Source: Candidatus Spongiisociaceae bacterium
GTDB taxonomy: Bacteria; Actinomycetota; Acidimicrobiia; Spongiisociales; Spongiisociaceae
Assembly (NCBI GenBank): GCA_965219685.1
Contig: CBDCOH010000002.1
Location: 3,296,001-3,360,000, forward strand
Direction: 5' to 3'
Length of the DNA stretch: 64,000 nucleotides
The notes beneath the pieces were generated by a model. The model was given only the letters and a program-made list of their open reading frames with translations, searched no databases and was not told the DNA's origin. The translations under genes and the position numbers were made by a program. Every line of letters starts with the position of its first letter. Positions within the stretch are counted from its first letter, which is position 1. Positions 20,270 to 29,573 of the stretch are shown in pieces.

Positions 20270-21808
20270 ATGAGCTACGACATCGTGTTCCTCGACCGGG
20301 TGGACCTGACTTCTGTCTCGCGCCGGGCGCTGGAGGGGGTCGGCACCGTGAGGAAAGTCCCGGTGACCGCGCAGGAGGATCTCCTGCCGGTCGTGCGCGA
20401 CGCCGATGCGATCGTCTACCAGTTGTTTCCCAACCACCTCACGCGAGATGTTCTGGAGCGCTGCCGCCGGCTGAAGGTCATCGGCCGGATCGGAATCGGC
20501 ATGGACCAAGTTGACGTGCAGGCGGCCGCCGACCGCGGGGTGACGGTCGTCAACGCGGCCGGGGCGCAGGCCGCCGCGGTCGCCGACCACGCCATGGCCC
20601 TGATGCTGTGCCTGGCCCGCAACGTGGTGGTGTCCCACACGTCCCTCCGAGCCGGCGACCGCCACCCTCCCTGGCACTTCATGGGCTTCGAGATGGAGGG
20701 CAAGACCCTGGGCATCGTCGGCTTCGGCGCCATCGGGCGGCGGCTCGCCCACCGTGCATTCGGCTTCGGGATGGTGGTCCAGGCATACGACCCCTACGTG
20801 GATCCGGACACCATCGAGCAGGCCGGCGCCACACCCTGCCGCCTGGGGGAGCTCCTCGCCGGAAGCGACTTCGTCTCCATCCACATACCCCTCACGGACG
20901 AGACCTGGCACCTCATCGGCGTCGACGAATTCGCCGCCATGAGACGCACCGCGTATCTCATCAACACCGCGAGGGGTCCCATCATCGACGAGACCGCCCT
21001 CGTAGGTGCTCTGCATGACGGAGTGATCGCCGGTGCGGGACTGGATGTGTACGAGGAGGAACCGCTGGCTGCCGGAAGCCCGTTGCTTGCCCTCGACCAG
21101 GTGGTCCTCACCCCGCACATCGCCGGATGGGCCATCGAGGCGCAGACCCGTACGCAGGAGAGCGTGGTGAAGGATGTGGCCCGTGTGCTGAGCGGCGAGA
21201 CTCCGATCAGTCCCGTCAAAGCTCCAGGGGGTCCGGCGTCTCCGCGGCGGAGCCCCGCAACCGGCGGCCGCCGACGTGGAGGAACCGGTCGCGCCCCGGA
21301 ACTGCTTCCATACACAGAGTGGGAGGAGAGCGGGCTTCCCCATCCCAGTTCCACCCACGCCTTCGGGACCGTGCCCGGATTGCGGAAGATCATCGAGACG
21401 GAGGGGCCGGTCACTACCGACCGGGCGTACAAGGTCTACGTAAGGGGGGCGGGCTCCACACGGGTCACCAAGCTGGTCAGGGCCAAGCTCGATCATGCTG
21501 TCGCCCGTCTACTCGACCAGAAGCAGGTGCAGATCGACGAGCTTGGCGTCGCGGGAAGCGGGGTGGCGCAACGTGTGCTCAGGGTTCCTGGTAGCGCACC
21601 GGTCGTGGTCCGCGAGATCGGAAGCCGGGATCTCTACGAGATTCCGCTCAACGAAGTCGTGGCCCTCATGGAACGCAGGCTCGACAACCACCCCGGAGCC
21701 TCCCACGAGCAACTGATGCGCCACGTCCTCAATAGCTACGGCTGGAGACGCCTCACCGACAAGGCCCGCACCTACCTGACATCTGCCATCCACCTGATGT
21801 ATGACTAG
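20270..21808 (+). CDS. D-isomer-specific 2-hydroxyacid dehydrogenase (SerA-like) fused to a DUF3320-like C-terminal domain
   Basis: GIVGFGAIG, LINTARGPII, GLDVYEEEP and LTPHIAG in aa 1-315, then an R/P/G linker and a ~170-aa helical domain (IIETEGPV...RDLYEIP...YGWRRLT). Confidence 0.85.
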   Translation: MSYDIVFLDRVDLTSVSRRALEGVGTVRKVPVTAQEDLLPVVRDADAIVYQLFPNHLTRDVLERCRRLKVIGRIGIGMDQVDVQAAADRGVTVVNAAGAQAAAVADHAMALMLCLARNVVVSHTSLRAGDRHPPWHFMGFEMEGKTLGIVGFGAIGRRLAHRAFGFGMVVQAYDPYVDPDTIEQAGATPCRLGELLAGSDFVSIHIPLTDETWHLIGVDEFAAMRRTAYLINTARGPIIDETALVGALHDGVIAGAGLDVYEEEPLAAGSPLLALDQVVLTPHIAGWAIEAQTRTQESVVKDVARVLSGETPISPVKAPGGPASPRRSPATGGRRRGGTGRAPELLPYTEWEESGLPHPSSTHAFGTVPGLRKIIETEGPVTTDRAYKVYVRGAGSTRVTKLVRAKLDHAVARLLDQKQVQIDELGVAGSGVAQRVLRVPGSAPVVVREIGSRDLYEIPLNEVVALMERRLDNHPGASHEQLMRHVLNSYGWRRLTDKARTYLTSAIHLMYD

Positions 21809-21854
21809 GTGTAGGTATCAGGTTACCGATAATATCGGTTCATTAGAGTATAAT

Positions 21855-21914
21855 ACCACTCACCACTCACCACTCACCACTCACCACTCACCACTCACCA
21901 CTCACCACTCACCA
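21855..21914. repeat. (CACCACT)n heptamer array between convergent genes
   Basis: Seven perfect CACCACT units at 21861-21909 with partial flanking units. Confidence 0.95.
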
Positions 21915-21915
21915 A

Positions 21916-23559
21916 CTAAGAGTGATACTCCACGTAGGGGGCCTCTACGCTCGGCACCTTGACCTGGACGACGGCTGGTACTCCTGACTCGAGAGCACGG
22001 GTGAGGGCATCGCCGAGGTCGGCCTCGCCTTCGACGTACTCGCCGTGACCGCCCATCGCCTCCACCACCTTCCACCATGCCCGCCGGGGCAGGTCGAGTT
22101 CGATCTCGGTTCCGTAGGCACGCTGCTGCGGGAGGGCTATGGCGCCCCACTTCTCGTCGTCGTACACCACCACGACGATCGGCGCCCCGTAACGGAGGGC
22201 AGTCTCCAACTCCAATCCGTGGAAAGCGAACCCGCCGTCACCGACGACTACGACCACGGTGCTCGCCGGGGAGGCCAGCTTCGCGGCCACCCCGAATGGA
22301 ATCTCGGCGCCCAGCGCTCCCGACTGGCCGGCCCGCAGGTAGCGGGAGGGCGGGGTGATCCTCAGCACGGGATCGGCCCAGAAGTCGATGTTGCCGTGGG
22401 ACGTCACGAAGGTGGTACCGGGCGGCATCACCTTCTCCACCAGAGCAGAGAGCCGAGCCGGATGTATGCCACGACCTTCGACCTGTGGCTCTGCGACCGC
22501 CCGGTCCCGCCAGGCTCGCCAGTCCCGCGCGACCCGGTGGCACCAGGAACGGTCGAACGCAGCCGGATCGGACCTCGCCAGGGCGTCGAGAACCACGTCG
22601 GAACCGGCGACCAGCCCGAGGTCGGGCCTCAGGAACTTCCCTACCACCGCCGGGTCCGGATGGGACTGGACGATCACCGCGTCGTCCGAGATGAGGCCGC
22701 CGTAGCCGAGGTCGGCCTCGAATTCGTGTCCGATGGTCAGCACCAGATCGGCCTGCGCCATCGCGTCGCGAAGAGGCGGGTTGGATCCCAGGTAGCCCAC
22801 CCCGGCGCAGTAAGGGTGACGTTCGTCCGCCAGACCCCTGCCTAGCCGCAGAGCGACGAACGGAATCCGTAGGCGGTCGACGGCATCGGCCAGCGCATCG
22901 TCGGCGACCGACCACAGGATGTCGTCTCCCGCCACCAGCAGGGGGCGGCGGGCGCTCGCGACGAGATGCCCGAGCCGCTCGGCCTGCTCAGCCACCAGCC
23001 CAGGACCGTAACGCGAGCCCTTGGCGCGTGTCGCCGAAGGTTGCGGCGCGGCTCCGGCCAGCACGTCCACGGGGATCTCCAGGAAGGCCGGACCGGGACG
23101 CCCCGAGGTCATCGCCGTCCAGGCAGCATCCAGGTACTCCTCGATCCGGGCAGGGTCGACCACCCGGGCGGCGTACTTGGTGACCGGCCTCATCACCGGA
23201 AGGGGGTCGAAGGACATGACCGACTCCTTGTCCAGAACCGCCACCGGGGCCTGCCCGCCCAGGATCAGGAACGGCACGCCGGCCCGGGTGGCCGTCAGCG
23301 CAGGCGTGACCGTATTCGTGACGCCCGGGCCGAGGGTCACCGCACATACTCCCGGAGATCTGGTTACTCGGGCAGTGCCTTCCGCCATGAAGGCTGCCGC
23401 CGCCTCGTGGCGGGTGTGGACGATCTGTACCGGGGCCCGCAAGGTGCCGTGGTAGATGGGGTTGAGAGGCCCCCCCGAGACCGAGAAGATGTGCTGCACG
23501 CCCCGGGCAGCGAGCAGGTCTACGAGCAGATCGCCGCCGGGATAGTCGGGTGTGGGCAA
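21916..23559 (-). CDS. thiamine-pyrophosphate enzyme (acetolactate synthase / 2-hydroxyacyl-CoA lyase-like)
   Basis: TRHEAAA, TLGPGVTN and GDGGF...DDEKWG (TPP motif). Confidence 0.9.
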   Translation of the reverse strand: MPTPDYPGGDLLVDLLAARGVQHIFSVSGGPLNPIYHGTLRAPVQIVHTRHEAAAAFMAEGTARVTRSPGVCAVTLGPGVTNTVTPALTATRAGVPFLILGGQAPVAVLDKESVMSFDPLPVMRPVTKYAARVVDPARIEEYLDAAWTAMTSGRPGPAFLEIPVDVLAGAAPQPSATRAKGSRYGPGLVAEQAERLGHLVASARRPLLVAGDDILWSVADDALADAVDRLRIPFVALRLGRGLADERHPYCAGVGYLGSNPPLRDAMAQADLVLTIGHEFEADLGYGGLISDDAVIVQSHPDPAVVGKFLRPDLGLVAGSDVVLDALARSDPAAFDRSWCHRVARDWRAWRDRAVAEPQVEGRGIHPARLSALVEKVMPPGTTFVTSHGNIDFWADPVLRITPPSRYLRAGQSGALGAEIPFGVAAKLASPASTVVVVVGDGGFAFHGLELETALRYGAPIVVVVYDDEKWGAIALPQQRAYGTEIELDLPRRAWWKVVEAMGGHGEYVEGEADLGDALTRALESGVPAVVQVKVPSVEAPYVEYHS

Positions 23560-23623
23560 GGGGTCAGCGTGGTCGGTCTACGGGAGGCCGTCGTGGCATG
23601 TTGGTTCGCAGACCGAACATCCT

Positions 23624-23857
23624 TCAGCCTTCTTGGATCTCGGCAATCACGGCCCCGACATCCACGACTTCATCCTCCGAGACGTACACACGGGTGAGGA
23701 TGCCCGATGCAGGAGACTCCAACTCGACCTCGACCTTGTCGGTCTCGAACTCGGCCAGAGGCTCGCCCTTGACGACCGGCTCGCCGACCGCCTTCAACCA
23801 CCGGATCAACTCCGCGTCCTGCATCGACACGCCCCATTTGGGAAGTATCACCTGCAT
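23624..23857 (-). CDS. stand-alone lipoyl-binding domain protein
   Basis: MQVILPKWGVSMQ...EFETDKVEVELESPASG; 77 aa only. Confidence 0.9.
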   Translation of the reverse strand: MQVILPKWGVSMQDAELIRWLKAVGEPVVKGEPLAEFETDKVEVELESPASGILTRVYVSEDEVVDVGAVIAEIQEG

Positions 23858-23873
23858 CCCGACCTGCCTTTCC

Positions 23874-24866
23874 TCACGCCGATCCGACCGCCGCCCGCTC
23901 ACCCAGGGTCGCACGGATGGCCTCTTCCACGTCGTCGGCGCCCACGTCGAGCCTTCCCTCGAGCACGGGGCTGAACGGAACGGGTGTGTCCGGCCAGGTG
24001 ACCCTGCGCGGCTGGGATAGCAAGGAGTCCCACGCCCTCTCCGAGACTCCGGCGATTATCTCGGCCGCCAGACCGCACAGGCGGCGGGCCGGGTCGGCGA
24101 CCACCAGCCGCCCGGTCTTGCGCACCGAGGCGACGATCGTGTCCCAGTCGAGAGGCACGAGACTGCGTGGATCGACCACCTCGACCGAGATCCCGTCGGC
24201 CTCCAACCTGTCCGCCACGTCAACGGCCACATGGACGAGCGAAGCCAGCGCCACGACCGTCACGTCTCCGCCCTCCCTCTTGACGTCCGCTGCGCCGAGC
24301 GGGATCTCGTACGGATCCCTCGGGACCGGCTCGCGGCGCCGGGCAAGGCGCAGGTCGGCCAGGTATACAACCGGGTTGGGATCACGTATGGCCGCGATCA
24401 TCAGACCCTTGGCGTCGTAGGGGGTGCTCGGCATCACCACTTTGAGGCCGGCTGTGTGCATCAGGATCGAGTGGGGGTTCTCCGAGTGCTGGGCAGCCGC
24501 TGAGCCGGACGGCCCGGTCCCGGCGAAGTAGACGATTGGGAGCTCCACCTGACCTCCGGACATGTAGCGGAGGCGGGCGGCCTGGTTGGCCACCTGGTCC
24601 ATCGCCACGTAGAAGAAGCTCGAGAACATGACATGGGCAAAGGGTTTCAGACCTGCGGCGGCCGCTCCGACCGCACCACCAACGAACGTCGCCTCCGAAA
24701 TGGGCGTCTTTCGGATCCGGTTGGGACCGAACGTGTCGATCAGGCCCCGGGTGACGCCGAAGACGCCGCGGTCCACATCCTCGCCCATCACGATCACCGT
24801 CTCGTCCTCCGCCATGGCGGAGCGCAGCGCCTGGTTCATGGCCTGCATGAAGTACGCCCTCGCCAT
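23874..24866 (-). CDS. pyruvate/acetoin dehydrogenase E1 beta subunit
   Basis: GEDV, TPISE, AAQHSE, PSTPYDAKG and VVDPRSLVPLD motifs. Confidence 0.92.
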   Translation of the reverse strand: MARAYFMQAMNQALRSAMAEDETVIVMGEDVDRGVFGVTRGLIDTFGPNRIRKTPISEATFVGGAVGAAAAGLKPFAHVMFSSFFYVAMDQVANQAARLRYMSGGQVELPIVYFAGTGPSGSAAAQHSENPHSILMHTAGLKVVMPSTPYDAKGLMIAAIRDPNPVVYLADLRLARRREPVPRDPYEIPLGAADVKREGGDVTVVALASLVHVAVDVADRLEADGISVEVVDPRSLVPLDWDTIVASVRKTGRLVVADPARRLCGLAAEIIAGVSERAWDSLLSQPRRVTWPDTPVPFSPVLEGRLDVGADDVEEAIRATLGERAAVGSA

Positions 24867-24868
24867 CC

Positions 24869-25846
24869 TCATCCTCCGGCGGAGGCAAATACGTGGTCGA
24901 GTGCCTCCTCGGGTGACGGGTGGGGACTAGCCTCGGCGAATTCGACCGCTCTGGAGACTGCTTCCTGCTCCTCCGCGTCGATGGCGTCGAGTTCCGCGGC
25001 GGTGATCCCGGCTTCAGTCTGGAGCAGATCCCGGAAGCGGGTCAAGGGATCGCGGGCCTTCCAGCTCTCCACCTCCTCCTCGGTCCGGTAGGCCGACACG
25101 AAAGCGCTCTCACCCTCGCTGTGGCCCGAGAACCGGTAGGTGATCGCCTCGATCAGGGTGGGACCCTCCCCCCGGCGCGCCCGGTCGACGGCTTCGCCGA
25201 CCACCCGCCGGACCTCTAGAACATCGTTCCCGTCCACCTCCATGCTCGCCACGCCGAAGGGTTCGCCCCGGCGGTAGATCCTGCCCGCGGTGAGATCGGT
25301 GGTCGGGGTGAACTCCATGTACTGGTTGGACTCGCACAGGTAGATGACCGGGAGCTTCCAGATGGCCGCCAGGTTCAGAGCCTCGAGCAGGACCCCCTGG
25401 TTGGCCGCACCGTCACCGAAGAAGCAGACCGTAACCCCGTCGCGACCCAGGACCGCGTCGGCCAGGCCCGAGCCGGTGGCCATCGGGATTCCCCCGCCGA
25501 CGATGCCGTTGGCGCCGAGGATCCCCAGGCTGGTATCGATTATGTGCATCGATCCGCCCTTGCCCCGGCAGTAGCCGTCCTCCCGGCCGAACAGCTCGGC
25601 CATCATCGGGGCGACATCGGCCCCCTTGGCTATGCAGTGGCCATGACCCCGGTGCGTACTCGTGATGTGATCGGTGTCGCGGAGCACGCTGCAGGCGCCG
25701 ACCGCAACTGCCTCCTCGCCCACGTAGACATGTACGAAGCCGGGCAGCTTGCCGAGTCTGTGGAGTTCCTGGACCATCTCCTCGAAGACACGGATGCGCA
25801 CCATTCGCCGGTACAGATGCAGGAGGGTCTCGATCTCGGGTATCAC
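24869..25846 (-). CDS. pyruvate/acetoin dehydrogenase E1 alpha subunit
   Basis: STHRGHGH, GKGGSMH, GDGA...NQY and TYRFSGHS motifs. Confidence 0.93.
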   Translation of the reverse strand: MIPEIETLLHLYRRMVRIRVFEEMVQELHRLGKLPGFVHVYVGEEAVAVGACSVLRDTDHITSTHRGHGHCIAKGADVAPMMAELFGREDGYCRGKGGSMHIIDTSLGILGANGIVGGGIPMATGSGLADAVLGRDGVTVCFFGDGAANQGVLLEALNLAAIWKLPVIYLCESNQYMEFTPTTDLTAGRIYRRGEPFGVASMEVDGNDVLEVRRVVGEAVDRARRGEGPTLIEAITYRFSGHSEGESAFVSAYRTEEEVESWKARDPLTRFRDLLQTEAGITAAELDAIDAEEQEAVSRAVEFAEASPHPSPEEALDHVFASAGG

Positions 25847-25945
25847 GCCGCGGCGAATCCTAGCCTGCCGGGCCTGGAGCCGCATCGGGTCTCGAGATGC
25901 CTGCCAGCCCGAATAGGTCGCCGTCAGACCTAGAGTACGCCCGAC

Positions 25946-27016
25946 GTGGAATCCCCCCTCTGCCGGGCAGCTGCCCGCAACGGTTCATGGTCTCTGCGAG
26001 AAGGGCCGGGATCAAGACGTCGGTTGGCGGCAGGCCTGTTGGCGCTGACAGTGGCTCTTGCCGGTTCCGGAGCGCACGTATCGCCGGCAGGTGCCGACGA
26101 CGCGCCGGCACCGCCGTGCTCCGACCTGACGGTCGTGTTCGCCCGGGGCTCCGATCAGCCGCTGGCTACCAACACCGGTTCGGGAATGGCACAGGCCTAC
26201 TTCGATCATGTCGAGGCGCGCCTTGCGGGCTACTCACTGAACGAATACGAACTGGGGACCCGTGACTACGGGGGTTACCGTTATCGGGCCGTCGGTATCT
26301 CGGCGATCCTCGATCTGTATCGCTCCAACATCATCAGGATACTGGTGTCCCTGATCAGGCGGGTCTCCAGTCAGGACGCTGCCGGTTCCTCGTCCGGCAG
26401 CGCCACCGACCTGCTTGAGATCAACCTCCTGGGGGCAGTGGAGTACCGGGCGTCTGTTATCGAGGGTATGGGCGAGTTCATCACATACCTCGCGGATCGA
26501 AGAGCCAGATGTCCCGACGAGGTCTTCCTGGTCGGCGGGTACTCTCAGGGCGCCCAGGTCATCAGCCGCAGTCTGCCACTCCTCGCCGGGGATACCAGGG
26601 ATCGGATCGCCCACGTTGCCCTTTTCAGCGATCCGGCCCTCCACCTCCCGGAGGGGGAGAACCCAAGGTTCGTTGCAAACTGTGAACAGGGGATTCCGGT
26701 GACCGTGTCAGCCTGGAGACGGGGGAACGTCGGATGCTCGACCAGCAGCGGGATCCTGAATCTCGAACCGTTGAGGTTTCTCAACATAGGTCCTCACACG
26801 CCGTACGTACCGTCCGACATCGAGGCCCGGGTCGGGTCGTGGTGTGAACGGACGGATGGGGTCTGCACCGGCCGCGTTCTGGATCTGATTCTGGCCGTGC
26901 ATTTCGACACGGCGACTCGACGGTTCCACGTACCCATACATGGGGTGTATACGGACATGTACTTCGGTGAGGCGGCGGAGGAAGCCGTAGCCCACCTGGT
27001 GGAGTCTTTGGAGTAG
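25946..27016 (+). CDS. secreted cutinase-family alpha/beta hydrolase
   Basis: Signal-like N-terminus, C..VVFARGS, CPDEVFLVGGYSQGA nucleophile elbow and C-x3-DGVC; start uncertain. Confidence 0.85.
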   Translation: MESPLCRAAARNGSWSLREGPGSRRRLAAGLLALTVALAGSGAHVSPAGADDAPAPPCSDLTVVFARGSDQPLATNTGSGMAQAYFDHVEARLAGYSLNEYELGTRDYGGYRYRAVGISAILDLYRSNIIRILVSLIRRVSSQDAAGSSSGSATDLLEINLLGAVEYRASVIEGMGEFITYLADRRARCPDEVFLVGGYSQGAQVISRSLPLLAGDTRDRIAHVALFSDPALHLPEGENPRFVANCEQGIPVTVSAWRRGNVGCSTSSGILNLEPLRFLNIGPHTPYVPSDIEARVGSWCERTDGVCTGRVLDLILAVHFDTATRRFHVPIHGVYTDMYFGEAAEEAVAHLVESLE

Positions 27017-27023
27017 CGAGGGC

Positions 27024-28304
27024 TCATCCCCCGGCACCCGGACGGCGGAGCCGCCGCCCGTCATCCGGCTTGACCGGTTCCCCGTCCCTTCCCGTTGCAA
27101 GAGCCTCCAGCCAGTCGGCCCCTGGACTCACGATCTCGTCGCCCACCACCAGCAGTTTGGTGGTCTCGGGCCATTTGGGACCGGCACCCGTGAACAGGCA
27201 CACGACGGTCTCGTCGGCGGCGATGGCTCCATCCCTCGCCAACGCCCATGCGCCTGCGAGGGAGGCCGCCGAGGAGGGCTCGGGGCTCAGACCCATGGCG
27301 GCCGCGTAGCGGGTGGCTGCCACTATCTCCTCCTCCGACACGTCGATCGCCCGACCTCCCGACTCCCGGATGGCGCGTAGGGTCATGGGGCCCCCGGTCG
27401 GATCACCGATCGACAGGGCGATGGTCTCCGGATCGACTATGTAGGGAACGGTGTCCGAGCCGTCCCTGAAGGACCGGACGATCGGGTTGGCGGCCACCGG
27501 TTGGACTCCGTGCAGCTTGGGGATCGAGTCGGTCCAACCTAAGCGGGCCATCTCCCCGAAGGCCTTCCACGGCCCGTACAGGCCGTCCCCGGCCGCGATC
27601 GGGACGATGAAGTGGTCGGGTACCCGGCCGAGCGCAAGGGTGGCGTCGTAGGCCATGGTCTTGTAGCCCTCCATCCCATACGGCGTGGCCACCGGGTTGG
27701 GCGTCATGTAGGTGGAGGGGTACCAGCCGTGGTTGCGAACGAAACTCTCCAGCGGAGGCTGGCGCCTCATCTCGACGATCACGGTGGCGCCGAAGAGGCG
27801 CATCCACTGCCGCTGGACCACCGGCGCTCTGGGGTCGACCAGGATCACACAGCGGAGACCGCCCCTCGCCGCATAGGCCGCCGCGCTCATCCCGTGGTTC
27901 CCGGTGGTCGAGCAAGCGATCCGGTCGTAGCCGAGTTGGCGCGCCATCGACTGGGCGGACGAATGGAAACGGTCTTTGAACGAATAGGTCGGGTTGACGG
28001 TCTCGTTCTGGACCCACACACCGGACATCGGGTTCTCGGCGGACTCCGGTAAGCGGACCAGGGGAGTGCGTCCCTCGCCGAGGCTGATCACCGCGCTCTC
28101 GTCCGCGACCGGGAGCAACTCCCTGTACCGCCACATGGAGCGGTCGTCGCGCTTGCGCCACTCGTCGATGGAGACGCTGGCGGCCACCCGGTCCTCGTCG
28201 TAAACGGTCTCCAGAGCTCCGCCACAGCCACGGCACCCGAAGAAGTGGCCGCCCAGATCGGTCTCCAGCTGACACTCCACGCATCGCAGCCCTACAGCAA
28301 ACAT
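27024..28304 (-). CDS. threonine synthase-like PLP enzyme (fold type II)
   Basis: N-terminal CxxC..CxxC, LGEGRTPL, NPTYSFKDR, STTGNHG and EPSSAA motifs. Confidence 0.88.
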   Translation of the reverse strand: MFAVGLRCVECQLETDLGGHFFGCRGCGGALETVYDEDRVAASVSIDEWRKRDDRSMWRYRELLPVADESAVISLGEGRTPLVRLPESAENPMSGVWVQNETVNPTYSFKDRFHSSAQSMARQLGYDRIACSTTGNHGMSAAAYAARGGLRCVILVDPRAPVVQRQWMRLFGATVIVEMRRQPPLESFVRNHGWYPSTYMTPNPVATPYGMEGYKTMAYDATLALGRVPDHFIVPIAAGDGLYGPWKAFGEMARLGWTDSIPKLHGVQPVAANPIVRSFRDGSDTVPYIVDPETIALSIGDPTGGPMTLRAIRESGGRAIDVSEEEIVAATRYAAAMGLSPEPSSAASLAGAWALARDGAIAADETVVCLFTGAGPKWPETTKLLVVGDEIVSPGADWLEALATGRDGEPVKPDDGRRLRRPGAGG

Positions 28305-28405
28305 GCCACCTCCGGATCGCCGGACCGAGCGTAGTGGGCGGCACGAGACCTACGCCGAGCCCCCTTCCATATACTCTCAGGATCCGGCCTGGAAGGAGAC
28401 CGCAG

Positions 28406-29560
28406 ATGCCCATAGGCGCCAGAGGACCGAACGAACATCTCATCGGGGTGCCGGGCTCTCGCCACGAGCTCGGGACTCCGTCGCTGGTCATCGACGTGGA
28501 CATCATGGACGCCAACATCGCGTCCCTCGCCGAGCACGCGGCGGCGCATGACTACGAGGTCCGTCCGGTGGGCAAGATCCACAAGTCGATCGAGATAACC
28601 CGGCGGCAGGTGGAAGCAGGCGGCCGCGGACCTTGCTGCGCCACCCTTGCCGAGGCCGAGGTCTTCGTGGATGCGGGCTTCAGCGACGTCATGCTGTTCA
28701 CCTCCGTGGTCAGCGGCCCGAAGCTGGACCGCGTAGCCGAGTTGAACAGCCGGGCTGAGGACCTCCTCGTGTGTGCCGACCAAGCCTCCAACGTCGTCCA
28801 ACTCGGCGAGGCCGCCCGACGGTCGGGGCGCCCGCTGAAGGTCCTGGTCGACCTGGAGACGGGCAGCTACCGGACCGGCGTGGTGGGCGAGGAAGCCGCC
28901 CTGGCCCTCGCCCGCCTGATCGTGGACACGGAGGGCCTCGAGTACGTAGGCCTGCAGGGATACACCGGCCATCACATGAACACGGTGGACTTCGAGGCCC
29001 GGCGCACGCGGGGGATCGAAGTCATCGAGCCGGTGGTGCGGGCGGTGGAGCGCCTGAGCAATGAGGGCCTCGAGCCCGAGATCGTTTCGGGCGGGGGGAC
29101 CGGTACCCACGACATCGACCATGAGGTGGGCGTGTTCACCGAGATCCAGGCCGGCACCTACGTCCTCATGGACACGAACTACTACGAGGTGGTGATGCGC
29201 CGCGACGAGCCGCATCCGTTCGGACCGGCCCTCTTCGTCCGGACCGTCGTGCTCAGCAGCTGCCAGCCGGAGTTCGCCATCACCGACGCCGGGATAAAGG
29301 AAGTCGACGTGATATTCGGGATCGACCATCCGGCGATCCTGCGCGGAGCGCCTCCAGGAGCCACCTACGAGGTGGCAGGGGACGACATGGGCAAGGTCAG
29401 ATTCGCCCGCCCCGGCGTTGACCGTCTCGAGGTCGGCGACATGGTGGAGATACTTCCGCCCCACTGCTATCAGACCACGGTTCTATACCGCTACTTCCAC
29501 GTCGTCAGCGGCGACACCCTGGTGGACATCTGGCCGGTCGACGCCTACGACAACTGGTAG
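28406..29560 (+). CDS. DSD1 / D-threonine aldolase / 3-hydroxy-D-aspartate aldolase family PLP enzyme (fold type III)
   Basis: TPSLVID, RPVGKIHKS, SGGGTGT, EIQAGTYVLMD and DAGIK motifs. Confidence 0.88.
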   Translation: MPIGARGPNEHLIGVPGSRHELGTPSLVIDVDIMDANIASLAEHAAAHDYEVRPVGKIHKSIEITRRQVEAGGRGPCCATLAEAEVFVDAGFSDVMLFTSVVSGPKLDRVAELNSRAEDLLVCADQASNVVQLGEAARRSGRPLKVLVDLETGSYRTGVVGEEAALALARLIVDTEGLEYVGLQGYTGHHMNTVDFEARRTRGIEVIEPVVRAVERLSNEGLEPEIVSGGGTGTHDIDHEVGVFTEIQAGTYVLMDTNYYEVVMRRDEPHPFGPALFVRTVVLSSCQPEFAITDAGIKEVDVIFGIDHPAILRGAPPGATYEVAGDDMGKVRFARPGVDRLEVGDMVEILPPHCYQTTVLYRYFHVVSGDTLVDIWPVDAYDNW

Positions 29561-29573
29561 CAGGGGACCGGCA

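Noticed and set aside
20033-21496. 487-aa minus-strand ORF
   Set aside because: Only the last 54 codons (antitoxin remnant) look real; the rest is antisense to the dehydrogenase.
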